From an uncultured Chloroflexia bacterium (GTDB taxonomy: Bacteria; Chloroflexota; Limnocylindria; Limnocylindrales; CSP1-4): a stretch of 64,000 nucleotides of DNA. The first letter of the stretch is position 1. Each line of letters opens with the position of its first letter. Shown here piece by piece: positions 10,628 to 20,262 of the stretch. The stretch is from NCBI GenBank assembly GCA_963768655.1, contig CAVYIM010000003.1:851002-915001 (forward strand), written 5' to 3'. Position numbers and translations under genes: made by a program. The notes beneath the pieces were generated by a model. It was given only the letters and a program-made list of their open reading frames with translations, was not told the DNA's origin and did no database searches.

Positions 10628-11053
10628 TCAACGGCGGCGCCGCTCGCGCGCCAGCTCGACCAGGCGGGCGTCCGAGATGCCGAAATGGTGAGCGACCTCG
10701 TGCCGGACCGTCTCGGCCACGCCCCGCGCCAGGGCGTCGGGGTCGCGGAATTGCCGCAGGTGCGGGCCGCGGAAGATCGAGATCTTGCTCGCCACCGCCG
10801 CGTCTCCCGCTCCGTACGCCGTCCGCGGTACGCCGGTATAGAGCCCGAGCAGCCCCGGCGCTCCGACTGAGGCGAGCTGGTCGAGCGTCGGCTCGTCCTC
10901 GATCACGATCGCGACGCTGCCCAGCCTCTCGCGGAAGACCGTGGGCAGCGAATCCAGCGCCTCGATCACGAGCGCCTCGAACGGGTCGGTGGCGGTCGCA
11001 GGATCCTCTGCTGCCGTGATGGGGATCGCGGGGTGCTCGATCTCGGGCTCCAT
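10628..11053 (-). CDS. Zincin-like metallopeptidase (Zincin_1/DUF1025)
   Basis: FEALV.EALD.LP, LLGLY.G.P and TVRHEVAHHFGISD motifs. Confidence 0.88.
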   Translation of the reverse strand: MEPEIEHPAIPITAAEDPATATDPFEALVIEALDSLPTVFRERLGSVAIVIEDEPTLDQLASVGAPGLLGLYTGVPRTAYGAGDAAVASKISIFRGPHLRQFRDPDALARGVAETVRHEVAHHFGISDARLVELARERRRR

Positions 11054-11187
11054 TGGCGCATTATCGGCCGCCCGGGTGTTTTGGCCGCGGCGTCGGCTGC
11101 CGTGGCGCCCCGACAGAAATGCCGGCCGGTCCCGCCTGTAGGCTATCGGTGCGGCCGCGGTCTGCATTGGCCGCGGCGACCGTCCAG

Positions 11188-12084
11188 GTGCGCCCACCGC
11201 CCGAGGTGGAGTTGATCGCTCTGTTCCGGCAATACGTCCGGCAGCTTCTGAGCCATGACACGACCGGCCTCGCGGCCGAGTTGGCGTTCCGTTTCATGTT
11301 CGCGACCTTTCCGTTTGTGCTGTTCCTCGCCGCCCTCGGCGCCTTTCTGGCGGGCTGGCTCGGCGTCGCCGACCCGACCGCCCGGATCATGACCGCGCTC
11401 GGAAACAGCATTCCGTCCGACGTGATCGGCCCCCTGAAGAGGGACCTCGATGACGTCCTCACCCACACGGAACCAGCGCTGCTGTCGGTCGGTGCCGTCG
11501 TGACGGTGTATTCGGCGGCCGGTGGCCTCAATACCCTCATGAAGGCGATGAACCGCGCCTTCGGGGTGCGGGAAACGCGGCCGCTTCCGGCCCGCATCGG
11601 CCTGGCCATCGCGCTGACCCTGCTCAGCGGTATCGGGATCGTGGCAGGCGTAGTGGCAGTCGTCGGCGGGACGCTCATTACGAGGGATATGGCCGATCGG
11701 GCGGGCATCGGCCGCGAAGCGTGGACCGTGCTCACGATCATCCGCTGGCCGTTGGTCTTCGCCGTCCTGGTCCTGGCCGTCACGGCTGTCTTCCGCTACG
11801 CCTCGTGCGCCCGGCCGCCGTGGCGTTGGGCGCTCCTCGGGGCCGCCGCCTTCGCCGTCGCCTGGCTCGTCGTGACGTACGGATTCGGCCTGTATGTCGC
11901 GAGCCTCGGGCACTACCGCGCCACGTACGGTGCGCTGGGCGGCGTGATCGTGCTGATGCTGTGGTACTACCTGACGGCACTCATCCTCGTCGGCGCGGCC
12001 GAGCTCGTGGCGCTGCTGGTCGCGACTTTCGCCCCGTCCGAGGGCGCCGGCCGGGATCTCGTCGCCGAGCCGCGCTCGGAGTAG
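11188..12084 (+). CDS. YihY/BrkB family membrane protein
   Basis: AAELAFRFMFATFP, MNRAFG and YGALGGVIVLMLWYY motifs; start uncertain. Confidence 0.88.
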   Translation: MRPPPEVELIALFRQYVRQLLSHDTTGLAAELAFRFMFATFPFVLFLAALGAFLAGWLGVADPTARIMTALGNSIPSDVIGPLKRDLDDVLTHTEPALLSVGAVVTVYSAAGGLNTLMKAMNRAFGVRETRPLPARIGLAIALTLLSGIGIVAGVVAVVGGTLITRDMADRAGIGREAWTVLTIIRWPLVFAVLVLAVTAVFRYASCARPPWRWALLGAAAFAVAWLVVTYGFGLYVASLGHYRATYGALGGVIVLMLWYYLTALILVGAAELVALLVATFAPSEGAGRDLVAEPRSE

Positions 12085-12132
12085 CCCCACGGCCGCCGTC
12101 GCGATCATGCGCGGCCTGGCCTGGAAACGAAG

Positions 12133-12159
12133 ACCGGGCCGCGGGGATGGCCCGGGCCC
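12133..12159. repeat. 27-bp palindromic direct repeat, copy 1 (ACCGGGCCGCGGGGATGGCCCGGGCCC)
   Basis: Identical to 13891-13917. Confidence 0.85.
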
Positions 12160-12182
12160 GGTCGTGTGCGTGCCGGCGCGGC

Positions 12183-13772
12183 TCAGCTGCTGGCGGACGG
12201 ATCGTCGATGCGGCCCATGAAGAGGATGGCGCCCGACAATCCATCGGTGATGAAATAGAGGAAGGGCTTGTTGATGTGGAACTGGACGTGGGGCGGCATT
12301 TCCGGGGCGGCGGAGCCGCCACCCATCACGACGACTGTGACCGCGGCTGCAGTCACGCCCGTCTCGACCACGTCGATGTTGGCCTGGTGGATCACGCTTT
12401 GTATGTATAGGGGCACGTCTGTCGTGATGCCCGAGAAGTCGGCTGTGTTCGGGTTGAACGCGGTCGGCATGCCCATCGCCGCCAGAATGTCCGAGAGGTC
12501 GAACCTCGTGTCGGCCGAGAACCGCGGCAGCGTCAGATCGACGTCGTAGGTCGAGACCTGGCTCTCGATGCCGGCGAGCTGGGCTGCCGTCAGGCTCTTC
12601 ACGAATGAGCTCATGTCGTCGGGAACGATGATCGTCATCGAAAGCGACGACCCGTCGCCGCCCAGCGGGAGATCGACGGCCCGATAGCCCTTGCCGGCGG
12701 CATACTGGAGCCACGAGTCCATCGCCATGGTCGGAACCGAGACCTTGGATCCGTCGGCGCGAGTGAATGGCAGGGAGTTGGTCGCGTCTGGGTCGAAAGG
12801 ATGCGTCCAGGGCGCCTTGAGGTAGATCGCGTTGGCCAGGGCGATGCGGGTGTCCGTGTCGACGTCGCCCGGCCGCAGGATCTCGGGGATGCGGCCCTTC
12901 GTCCGCTCGCTCGCCCATTGGTTGATGATCTGTCGGGCGGCCTCAGGGTCCTTCTCGTAGTCGACGAGCCCGACGCCGGCGCCAAAGCTGGAGCTCAGGG
13001 AATCGAGGAAGGGCTGCTCGAGGCTCATGCCCTTCTGCGAGAAGACCGCGTTGGAGACGTCCAGCTCCTGTAGCGGCGTCTTGCCGGTTTCGTCCGGAGT
13101 GGCATCGGGATCATCCGACTCGAAGTCCGAATCGTCGTAGGTGGTCTGGGCCTGCAGCTCCTGGATCAGGGCCACGAGCTCGCCGGCCCCGCCGGTAGTC
13201 CCGAAGTCGTGGAGGACCTTGTCCATCTCGGTGGCGGTCTGACCCTTCGCCCCGGCCCGGACCATGGCCAGGGCGAGGGCGATGCTCGTCGGGGAAGCAC
13301 ACAGATTGCCGCTGGAGTCGAGCTGGCGGAGCAGGTCGACTCCGAAGTCGTTGATCTCGCGGCCAGCGCGCGCGCCGTAGTCGTCGGCCGGGGCCGCCAG
13401 CGGGGCCGTGCCCATGTCAGTCGCGAATTCGGGTGTCGGGGTCCGCGTGGGGCCAGGCGTGGGCTTGAGGGTTGGAGATGGCGTGGGCTCGAGCGTCGGC
13501 CACGGCGTGTCCGTCGGCCACGGTGTCGGAGTGAGCGTGGGCGATGGCGTCGGGTTGAGCGTCGGCCACGGCGTGTACGTCGGCCAGGCCGAGTATGTAG
13601 GCCACGGCGTGTAAGTCGGCCCGCTCGTGGGCGTCGGGCTGGCCATCGCGCTGCCGCAGGCGCCCACCACGATCGCCACCGTCAGCATGGCCGCCCCGGC
13701 CCGGATCCTGCGCCGCTTCGCCGTCGATCTCCGCCGCAGCGGATCTACCCACGACTGGCTGATCGCGTCCAT
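12183..13772 (-). CDS. Serpin family lipoprotein with Pro/Thr/Trp-rich repeat linker
   Basis: VGAC lipobox, SPTSIALALAM, INQWASERTKGRI, LANAIYLKAPW, hinge ETGVTAAAVT, PFLYFI...ILFMGRI. Confidence 0.92.
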   Translation of the reverse strand: MDAISQSWVDPLRRRSTAKRRRIRAGAAMLTVAIVVGACGSAMASPTPTSGPTYTPWPTYSAWPTYTPWPTLNPTPSPTLTPTPWPTDTPWPTLEPTPSPTLKPTPGPTRTPTPEFATDMGTAPLAAPADDYGARAGREINDFGVDLLRQLDSSGNLCASPTSIALALAMVRAGAKGQTATEMDKVLHDFGTTGGAGELVALIQELQAQTTYDDSDFESDDPDATPDETGKTPLQELDVSNAVFSQKGMSLEQPFLDSLSSSFGAGVGLVDYEKDPEAARQIINQWASERTKGRIPEILRPGDVDTDTRIALANAIYLKAPWTHPFDPDATNSLPFTRADGSKVSVPTMAMDSWLQYAAGKGYRAVDLPLGGDGSSLSMTIIVPDDMSSFVKSLTAAQLAGIESQVSTYDVDLTLPRFSADTRFDLSDILAAMGMPTAFNPNTADFSGITTDVPLYIQSVIHQANIDVVETGVTAAAVTVVVMGGGSAAPEMPPHVQFHINKPFLYFITDGLSGAILFMGRIDDPSASS

Positions 13773-13890
13773 GTCAGTGACCCCCTTTGGTCCCCGGCGT
13801 CTCGCCGAGGTCTGCCGCGTATGACGGTACCGCGCACCGGACCGTTTCGGCACTCGACAACGAAGATTCTCGGGTTGTCCGAAAGGCGAC

Positions 13891-13917
13891 ACCGGGCCGC
13901 GGGGATGGCCCGGGCCC
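13891..13917. repeat. 27-bp palindromic direct repeat, copy 2
   Basis: Identical to 12133-12159. Confidence 0.85.
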
Positions 13918-14014
13918 ACGATGTACGGCAGGCCGGCCGTGCCGGGGGTCGACCACCTCGTCCGGACGGGCGAGGAACGGGACCGAGGCGGTAGGAGCTG
14001 GTATTCTCGGCGGC

Positions 14015-14839
14015 ATGGAACGGTTCGTGGAGGTTCCCGGCGGCCGGCTGTTCGCCAGGAGCGAGGGCGCCGGGCCGCCGATCGTGCTCATGCATGCCGC
14101 GATCGTCGATCAGCGGGCCTGGGATGCGATGGTGCCGGGGCTCGTCGCCGCGGGCTTCCGCGTCGTCCGCTACGACTACCGGGCCTTCGGCCGCTCGACG
14201 ACCGAGGACGTCGACTTCAGCGACCGCTCCGACCTCATGGCCGTGCTGGACGCCTTCGGGATCACGCGCGCCGCCCTGGTCGGCAACAGCCGCGGCGGGC
14301 AGATCGCCTTCGACGCGGCCATCGAGTTTTCCGATCGAGTCGTTGCGGTCGTCGGTGTGGGGTCCCGACCGGCCGGCTTCGAGGGAGCCCTCACGCCGGT
14401 CGAGCAGGCACTCTCCGACGAAGGGGATCGCCTCGAGTCGGCCGCCGAGCCGGATCTGGCGGCGATCGCCGACCTCGACGTGCGGGTCTGGGTCGACGGC
14501 CCCGGCCAGCCGCCCGATCGAGTCGACCCGGCCATCCGCGAGGCGGTGAGGGCAATGGATCGGCCGCTCTACGAACCCGGGCGCGTCGCGGGCCGGCCGA
14601 TTCGCCTGGAACCGCCGGCGAGGGATCGGCTCGTCGAACTGCGCTGCCCCGTTCTGGCGGTCGTCGGGGCGCTCGACCTCTCCGCCATCGTCCAGTCGGC
14701 GCGATGGCTCGAGGCCACGGCCCCGAACGCGCGAGCGGTCGTCTGGCCGGACGTGGCCCACATGGTCGGCATGGAGGCGCCGGACCGCCTCGACGCCGTG
14801 ATCGTCGACTTCCTGGCGCCGCTGGCGCCCTGGGAGTGA
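14015..14839 (+). CDS. Alpha/beta fold hydrolase
   Basis: YDYRAFGRS, GNSRGG nucleophile elbow, VAHM catalytic His. Confidence 0.88.
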   Translation: MERFVEVPGGRLFARSEGAGPPIVLMHAAIVDQRAWDAMVPGLVAAGFRVVRYDYRAFGRSTTEDVDFSDRSDLMAVLDAFGITRAALVGNSRGGQIAFDAAIEFSDRVVAVVGVGSRPAGFEGALTPVEQALSDEGDRLESAAEPDLAAIADLDVRVWVDGPGQPPDRVDPAIREAVRAMDRPLYEPGRVAGRPIRLEPPARDRLVELRCPVLAVVGALDLSAIVQSARWLEATAPNARAVVWPDVAHMVGMEAPDRLDAVIVDFLAPLAPWE

Positions 14840-14968
14840 CCGGCGCTGCCCCGCGCGCCACGCACACTCTTGCCCCGCGCGACCGCCACGCCGGCGGCAA
14901 ACCCGCTGCCGCGCGGCACTTGTATTGCCCGCGCCAGGCGCGCAGGCTAGACGCCTGACCGACCCCCC

Positions 14969-15238
14969 GTGCCGATGCCTCGGTTTCCGAGACTGCGTCA
15001 GGCCGGCAGCGGGAAGGTCCCAGTGCTCGCTCCGCTTGTCCGTCCGCGCATCGTGCCGCCTCAAGAGCGGCCGGAGTGTGCGGATCGCGTCGAACGGCGG
15101 GCGATGGAGATCTGGCCGAGGCTGGACCACCGCGCCCTCCATCGATGCCAGGGCGATGCCGCCCGCATCGCCGTCCACGTCGCCCGCCGGACCAAGATGA
15201 CGCCCAAGGCGATCGAGAAGCTGATCTCCGACCGGTAG
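14969..15238 (+). CDS. Small hypothetical protein
   Basis: ORF with plausible helical C-terminus (WPRLDHRAL...VARRT); no family recognised. Confidence 0.4.
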   Translation: MPMPRFPRLRQAGSGKVPVLAPLVRPRIVPPQERPECADRVERRAMEIWPRLDHRALHRCQGDAARIAVHVARRTKMTPKAIEKLISDR

Positions 15239-15361
15239 TCGGGCCCGGCGCGCCGCTCGGCTCAACTGTGCCCGTCCGCCGGCTCGGGTACGATCTGGCG
15301 ACCCGGCCCGGTTCGACGTCGGCCTCCATCGGCGTCGCCTGCCGGCCACTCGTGGGGCTTC

Positions 15362-16117
15362 ATGGCGACCTCGATGTCTTCAAGTGAGCTGCCCTCCGGC
15401 GATGCCCACGACCCGAGCTCCCGCGATGCTCGCGAGCCGAGCTCCGGCGATTCCCGGCCGAGTCGGATCACGGCCGTCGCGTTCGACCTGGGCGGCGTAC
15501 TGATCGACTGGAACCCGCGCCACCTCTATCGCAAGCTCTTCGGCGGCGACGAAGCGAGCATGGAGCGGTTCCTGGCGGAGGTGTGCACCCCGGAGTGGAA
15601 CGCCCAGCTCGACGCCGGCCGCCCGCTCGCCGAGGCCGTGGCCGAGCTGGTGGCGGCCCACCCGGACCAGGCCGATCTGATAACCGCCTACCGTGACCGC
15701 TGGTTCGAGATGCTTGGCGGGGCGTTCGAGGGAACGGTCGCGATCCTGCGCGAGCTGCGAGACGCCGGTCTCCGAACCTACGCCTTGAGCAACTGGTCGG
15801 CCGAGACCTTTCCCGGAACGCGGCCGCACTATCCGTTCCTCGACGACATGGACGGCATCCTCATCTCGGGCGAAGTCGGGGTCGGCAAGCCCCACCCGGC
15901 CATCTTTCGCGAGTTCCTGCGGCGGTTCGGACTGACTCCGGCGGCGACCGTCTACATCGACGACTGGGATCGGAACGTGGCCGCGGCCGGCGCGTTCGGG
16001 ATCATCGCCATCCGGTTTGTGGATGCGGCGAAGCTGCGCGCGGACCTCCGGGGGCTGGGGCTGCCGCTCGCGGCCGGGGCGGCAACGGCTGCCCTCGATA
16101 CGGGGGGAGTACCCTGA
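15362..16117 (+). CDS. HAD family phosphatase
   Basis: FDLGGVLIDWNP, LSNW, KPHPAIF and YIDD motifs. Confidence 0.9.
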   Translation: MATSMSSSELPSGDAHDPSSRDAREPSSGDSRPSRITAVAFDLGGVLIDWNPRHLYRKLFGGDEASMERFLAEVCTPEWNAQLDAGRPLAEAVAELVAAHPDQADLITAYRDRWFEMLGGAFEGTVAILRELRDAGLRTYALSNWSAETFPGTRPHYPFLDDMDGILISGEVGVGKPHPAIFREFLRRFGLTPAATVYIDDWDRNVAAAGAFGIIAIRFVDAAKLRADLRGLGLPLAAGAATAALDTGGVP

Positions 16118-16122
16118 TCCAC

Positions 16123-16640
16123 ATGAACGATGAATCCGGAGAGAGGCCCCACGACGGGATCCTCGGCGTGCAGTTCGAGCCGGACGCCGCGATGGCCGCC
16201 GAGATGGCCGGCCTGGCCGCCCGTTATGTCGAACGCGGCAACGCCCTGAAGGTGGCGCTCGACTTTTCGGATGCGAGCATCGAAACGGCGGACAGGGTCG
16301 GCCTGCAGATGTACGAAGCGCTGCCTCAGGACGGCGGCCGCGTCGCGCTCGAAGAGCGCAGGAGCGCCCTGGCATCCGAGCTGGGCGCCTACTTTGGCGA
16401 AACCTTCATAAAAATCACGGCGGCCGGTGGGGCTGGGTGGCCGCGACCGGCAACAGACTCTTCGGGTTGCGCACGAACGCCGGACTCTCCGCCTTTCCCC
16501 TCGGGAGGGCGAGGAAGCGCCTGCAGGGCGCGCAGAACGACAGCCTTGCCGTCGTCTATGCCTTCCTCTCGGGCTGGCAGGCGAAACAGACTCGGCGGCG
16601 GTCGAACGCTCCCGATCGCAGGCGGACCGAGCCAACCTAG
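16123..16640 (+). CDS. Hypothetical protein (DUF3806-like), one frameshift in the A-run near 16410
   Basis: Adding one A gives LGAYFGETFIKNHGGRWGW...FPLGRARKRL, joining ORFs 16123 and 16437. Confidence 0.55.
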
Positions 16641-16785
16641 CCGGGCTCGCGGGCTTCATCTGTCCCCGAGTGGGTCGGCCTGCCTGGGCCGGGCTGCCGG
16701 CGCGTTGGTGTCCGATAGCTGACTGACGAGCCGGGTCGGCGATGGGATACTGGCCCGGCACGACTGCACGACGAAGGGGGACCTG

Positions 16786-18036
16786 ATGTCCGCGCCATCT
16801 GGAAGACACACGAACCGGGGGCGTGCCCTCCATGCCTGGGGCGCCGCGCTTGCCGCCGCGCTCGTCTTGTCCGCCTGTACTGCCGCCGCCCCGAGCCCGA
16901 TCCCGACGACCGGCGCGCCCTCGGCGATGCCGCTCGAAACCCCGGCGGCCACGTCGTCGTTCGTCGGCGACTGCTGCGCGCCGCCGACCGCGAGCCCCTA
17001 CGCGCTCGTGACGGCGCGGCCCGGAGGGCCCGGGGCGTATCCGCGCGCGTACGTCCAGCCGACCTCCGCGGCATCCCCGGCCGACTCGATGTCCGAAGAA
17101 GGCACCGGCTACTTCAGCCAGACGGTCCCGGCGAAGACAACGATCAAGGTTCCGCTAGGCTTCGAGGGCTCCACCTGGGGAGCCGTCGCCGTGTACGCAA
17201 AGTCGGGTGGGCTGACTGTCACGTGGGCCGGCAAGACGGTGGCGCCGCAGAAGTATCCGGCGTTCGGTGCGTCGGTCGTGGGCTTCTCGTTGTCGCTGGA
17301 CAACCCCAAAGATGGCGATCTGACGATCAAGAACACCACGCGGTCGCCCATCGCTGCCGCCGGCTACGTGATGATCATGACCCGGCGGCATCTGACCCTG
17401 ACGCCATCGACGACGTTCCCCCACAAGGGTCAGCAGATCAGCTTAGACGTGACCCTGACCGAGGCCACCGACGCGGACGGGTTGACGGCCACGCTCGTCG
17501 ACGAAAGTGGAGTCGCCACGCCGCTCACCGTCACGAAGGCAGGAACCGGGCACTGGACCGGCGACGTCACCATCTCTTCGACGGGCGTGTTCACTATTCG
17601 GGCTTCCACCACCGGCGGCGCCTTCCGGGACGCGATGGCGGAGCTGACAGTCGTGTCGGGCGGAGTGAGCGTCAGCACCACCTTCGACGAGCAAGTGGTC
17701 GACTCGGACCATGACGGCCTCATCGACGAACTGGACCTCACCCCGACGATCACGATGCCTGTCGCGGGCACGTACATGGCCGACGCATACCTCTACAATT
17801 CGGCCGGCGTCGAAGTCGCCATGGACGGCACCGGCGACATAGACCTGGTTGCCGGCCCCCAGCCGCTCAAGCTCGAGTTCGACGGCAAGAGCATCTACAA
17901 GTCCGGACGCTGGGGGCCCTACACGCTCCACGTCACGATCGTCGACGACACGACGGGCTCGACCGGGGTCGAGCTGGACAACGCCGTCCTCGGAACCACG
18001 GCCGCCTACGACTACATGCAGTTCGAGCGCGGCTGA
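16786..18036 (+). CDS. Secreted lipoprotein with beta-rich (Ig-like) domains
   Basis: LSAC lipobox, Thr-rich beta strands, DSDHDGLIDEL Ca-binding-like loop. Confidence 0.7.
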   Translation: MSAPSGRHTNRGRALHAWGAALAAALVLSACTAAAPSPIPTTGAPSAMPLETPAATSSFVGDCCAPPTASPYALVTARPGGPGAYPRAYVQPTSAASPADSMSEEGTGYFSQTVPAKTTIKVPLGFEGSTWGAVAVYAKSGGLTVTWAGKTVAPQKYPAFGASVVGFSLSLDNPKDGDLTIKNTTRSPIAAAGYVMIMTRRHLTLTPSTTFPHKGQQISLDVTLTEATDADGLTATLVDESGVATPLTVTKAGTGHWTGDVTISSTGVFTIRASTTGGAFRDAMAELTVVSGGVSVSTTFDEQVVDSDHDGLIDELDLTPTITMPVAGTYMADAYLYNSAGVEVAMDGTGDIDLVAGPQPLKLEFDGKSIYKSGRWGPYTLHVTIVDDTTGSTGVELDNAVLGTTAAYDYMQFERG

Positions 18037-18195
18037 GCCGCCTTCGACGGGAGATCGATCGTCGTCGCGCGGACCAACGCCGACGGCGACGACCCCATCG
18101 ACGAGCTCGACCTCACCGGCGGGGGGACCCAGGGCTCCGACATCGCTGCAGCCGGCCAGGACTGCCCTTACGTCGTGCCACGATTGTCGTCTACC

Positions 18196-18921
18196 TCACG
18201 GCCGACCCGATGAGTCGACCGTCGTTGGCTGATCGGGCCGGTCGTCCTCGGCCAGAAGTCGATAGAGCGATCGGCGGGCTTCCATGAGGACTGCCTGAGC
18301 TTTCTCGAGGGTCTCGGCGCTGCCCACCTGGGACACCTGCGCCACGGCTGCGGCGAGCGGCCCGATCTGGCCGTACAGGCTCCTTGTCTTGTCCGCGCCG
18401 GGCATCTCCCAGGGCGCCGGGCTGCCGGCGGATCGCTCGGCAACCTTTCGACCGTCATCGGTGAGGGCGTAGACCTTGCGTCCGTCGCGCTCCTCGCCCT
18501 TGACGAGCCCTTCGTCCTCGAGCTGCTGGAGGGTGGGATAGACCGAGCCCGCGCTCGGCTGCCACATCCCGCCGCTGCGCTCACCGAGACGCTGGATGAT
18601 CTGGTAGCCGTGCATCGGCTCCTCGGCGAGCAGGGTCAGGATGGCCGTTCTGACGTCGCCGCGCCGAACCATCGCGCCTCGGCCCGGCCCGAAGGCCAAG
18701 TCGCCGGGCATCCACCCGAAGCGACCGCGCCCGGGTCCGCGACCGCGGGCTCGTCCGCGGCCGTGGCCCCGTGGGTCCCATGGCCCGGGCCCGGAGGCGG
18801 GGTCCGGAATCTCGTCATCGACGCGATAGTGCCGGGCGCCGCGCCCGCAACCCTCATTGGATTCCTCGGGGCGACCGTGCCAGACCCTGGCCCGTCCCCG
18901 CCCCTCTTCGCTGTGAAACAC
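18196..18921 (-). CDS. PadR family transcriptional regulator
   Basis: RGDVRTAILTLLAEEPMHGYQII...PSAGSVYPTLQQLEDEG; GGAG RBS before GTG 18921. Confidence 0.9.
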   Translation of the reverse strand: MFHSEEGRGRARVWHGRPEESNEGCGRGARHYRVDDEIPDPASGPGPWDPRGHGRGRARGRGPGRGRFGWMPGDLAFGPGRGAMVRRGDVRTAILTLLAEEPMHGYQIIQRLGERSGGMWQPSAGSVYPTLQQLEDEGLVKGEERDGRKVYALTDDGRKVAERSAGSPAPWEMPGADKTRSLYGQIGPLAAAVAQVSQVGSAETLEKAQAVLMEARRSLYRLLAEDDRPDQPTTVDSSGRP

Positions 18922-18971
18922 GCTTCGTTCTCCAGTATTCGTGGTGCGCCGCTCCGTGTGGCGCTGGCTCA

Positions 18972-19000
18972 CGATATATCGCGATACTCTCGGTTGTCAA
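18972..19000 (-). promoter_or_regulatory. padR promoter (TTGACA -35) with palindromic operator CGATATATCG over the -10 region
   Basis: Perfect 10-bp palindrome at 18972-18981; TTGACA at 18995-19000 on the minus strand. Confidence 0.55.
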
Positions 19001-19238
19001 GGGGTCCGACGAACGGCCATCGCTCGGCGCCAGGCAGCGGCCTGGAGTGCCGTGTTACCGCATCGCGCCGTGGGAGCGCCGCTGACTCGGCCGGCAGCGG
19101 AGCGCGGGATAGGCGGTGATAAGCCCGCGACAAGTCCTGATGGTCATCCTGTCTCCACGCCTGCGTGAGTCCAGTGAATCCCCTCCAGCGGGCGATGCCC
19201 GATTTCGATGCTGCTGCATTACTGCTATGCTGCATTTC

Positions 19239-19535
19239 GTGAAGACTCACTACGTTGCCGTCCAGGCGCGCGGGACCGTCGCGTTGCCGGCCGATCTCAG
19301 GCGCCGCCTGCACCTGGACCAGCCCGGGGCGCAGATACAGATCGTCGAGCAGGATGACGGCCGGATCGAGATCCGACCCGTCCTGCCGGTGCCCGCGGAC
19401 CAGCATTGGTTCTGGACCGAGCGCTGGCAGGCCATGGAGCGTGAGGTCGACGAGGACGTCGCCGCCGGCCGCGAGGTCACCGTAAACGGGCCCGACGAGC
19501 TATTCGAGTATCTCGACTCGAGCCTGAAGTCCTGA
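19239..19535 (+). CDS. AbrB/MazE/SpoVT family antitoxin
   Basis: VQARGTVALPADLRRRLHL...GRIEIRP...DQHWFWTERWQAMEREVDED. Confidence 0.85.
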   Translation: MKTHYVAVQARGTVALPADLRRRLHLDQPGAQIQIVEQDDGRIEIRPVLPVPADQHWFWTERWQAMEREVDEDVAAGREVTVNGPDELFEYLDSSLKS

Positions 19536-19540
19536 CCGGC

Positions 19541-19852
19541 GTGAAGTTCCGAGTTGCGCCCGCGTTCGCCGGCGATTGGGCGCGCCTGTCAGAGTCCGAG
19601 CGCGCAACCTTTCGCTCGGTCGTCCGCGATGACTTCCACCCCGCCTGCGAGATGCATCTCGCGGACCCGGCGGCGCCATGGCCGGCGCAGCTTCGCGTGC
19701 GGCGGATCGAGGACGCGCCCGGGATATGGGAGATGACCTGGAGCTTCTCCGGCCCCGATGGGCGGGCAACGTTCGAGTGGATCCGGATCGACGGCCAGCC
19801 CGGCATCCGATGGCGTCGCGTCGGCGGCCACTCCATCTTCGGCGAGCCGTAG
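19541..19852 (+). CDS. RelE/ParE-like toxin
   Basis: F..DWARL, GIWEMTW...DGRATF, IRWRRVGGHSIF; directly downstream of the antitoxin. Confidence 0.75.
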   Translation: MKFRVAPAFAGDWARLSESERATFRSVVRDDFHPACEMHLADPAAPWPAQLRVRRIEDAPGIWEMTWSFSGPDGRATFEWIRIDGQPGIRWRRVGGHSIFGEP

Positions 19853-19903
19853 CTCTCCGGCTGCCAGACCGCGTCCAATCTCCGGCCGGGCAGGGTGGGG
19901 ACA

Positions 19904-20194
19904 ATGCCCTGGCCGCGCGCGTTCGCCGACCTGCGCGGCCTCTCGACGGTCTCCGGCCGAATGGTTCGCGCCGACCGGCTGATGGGTCTCTCGCCCGACT
20001 ACCTCGGCGTGCTGCAGCGCCAGCTGGTCCGGTTCTTCGTCTGGCGCGAAGTCGCCCGCCACGAGCAGGTGGCGGCGATCGTCGGCCGGCGGATCGTGTC
20101 GGCCATCCCCGCGAACGCGAAGGGCGATCGCCTGGCCGTGGCCCTCACGGCGGACGACGGCAGCTCGATCTCGGTGGAGCTGCTGGCGAGGTAG
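19904..20194 (+). CDS. Hypothetical protein
   Basis: ORF with host-like codon usage; no family recognised. Confidence 0.4.
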   Translation: MPWPRAFADLRGLSTVSGRMVRADRLMGLSPDYLGVLQRQLVRFFVWREVARHEQVAAIVGRRIVSAIPANAKGDRLAVALTADDGSSISVELLAR

Positions 20195-20262
20195 CGCGGG
20201 AATCGGCCTCCTCGGCGTGATCACCGCCGCGATCGCGCTGGCCGCGGACGGAGTCGAGCCAG

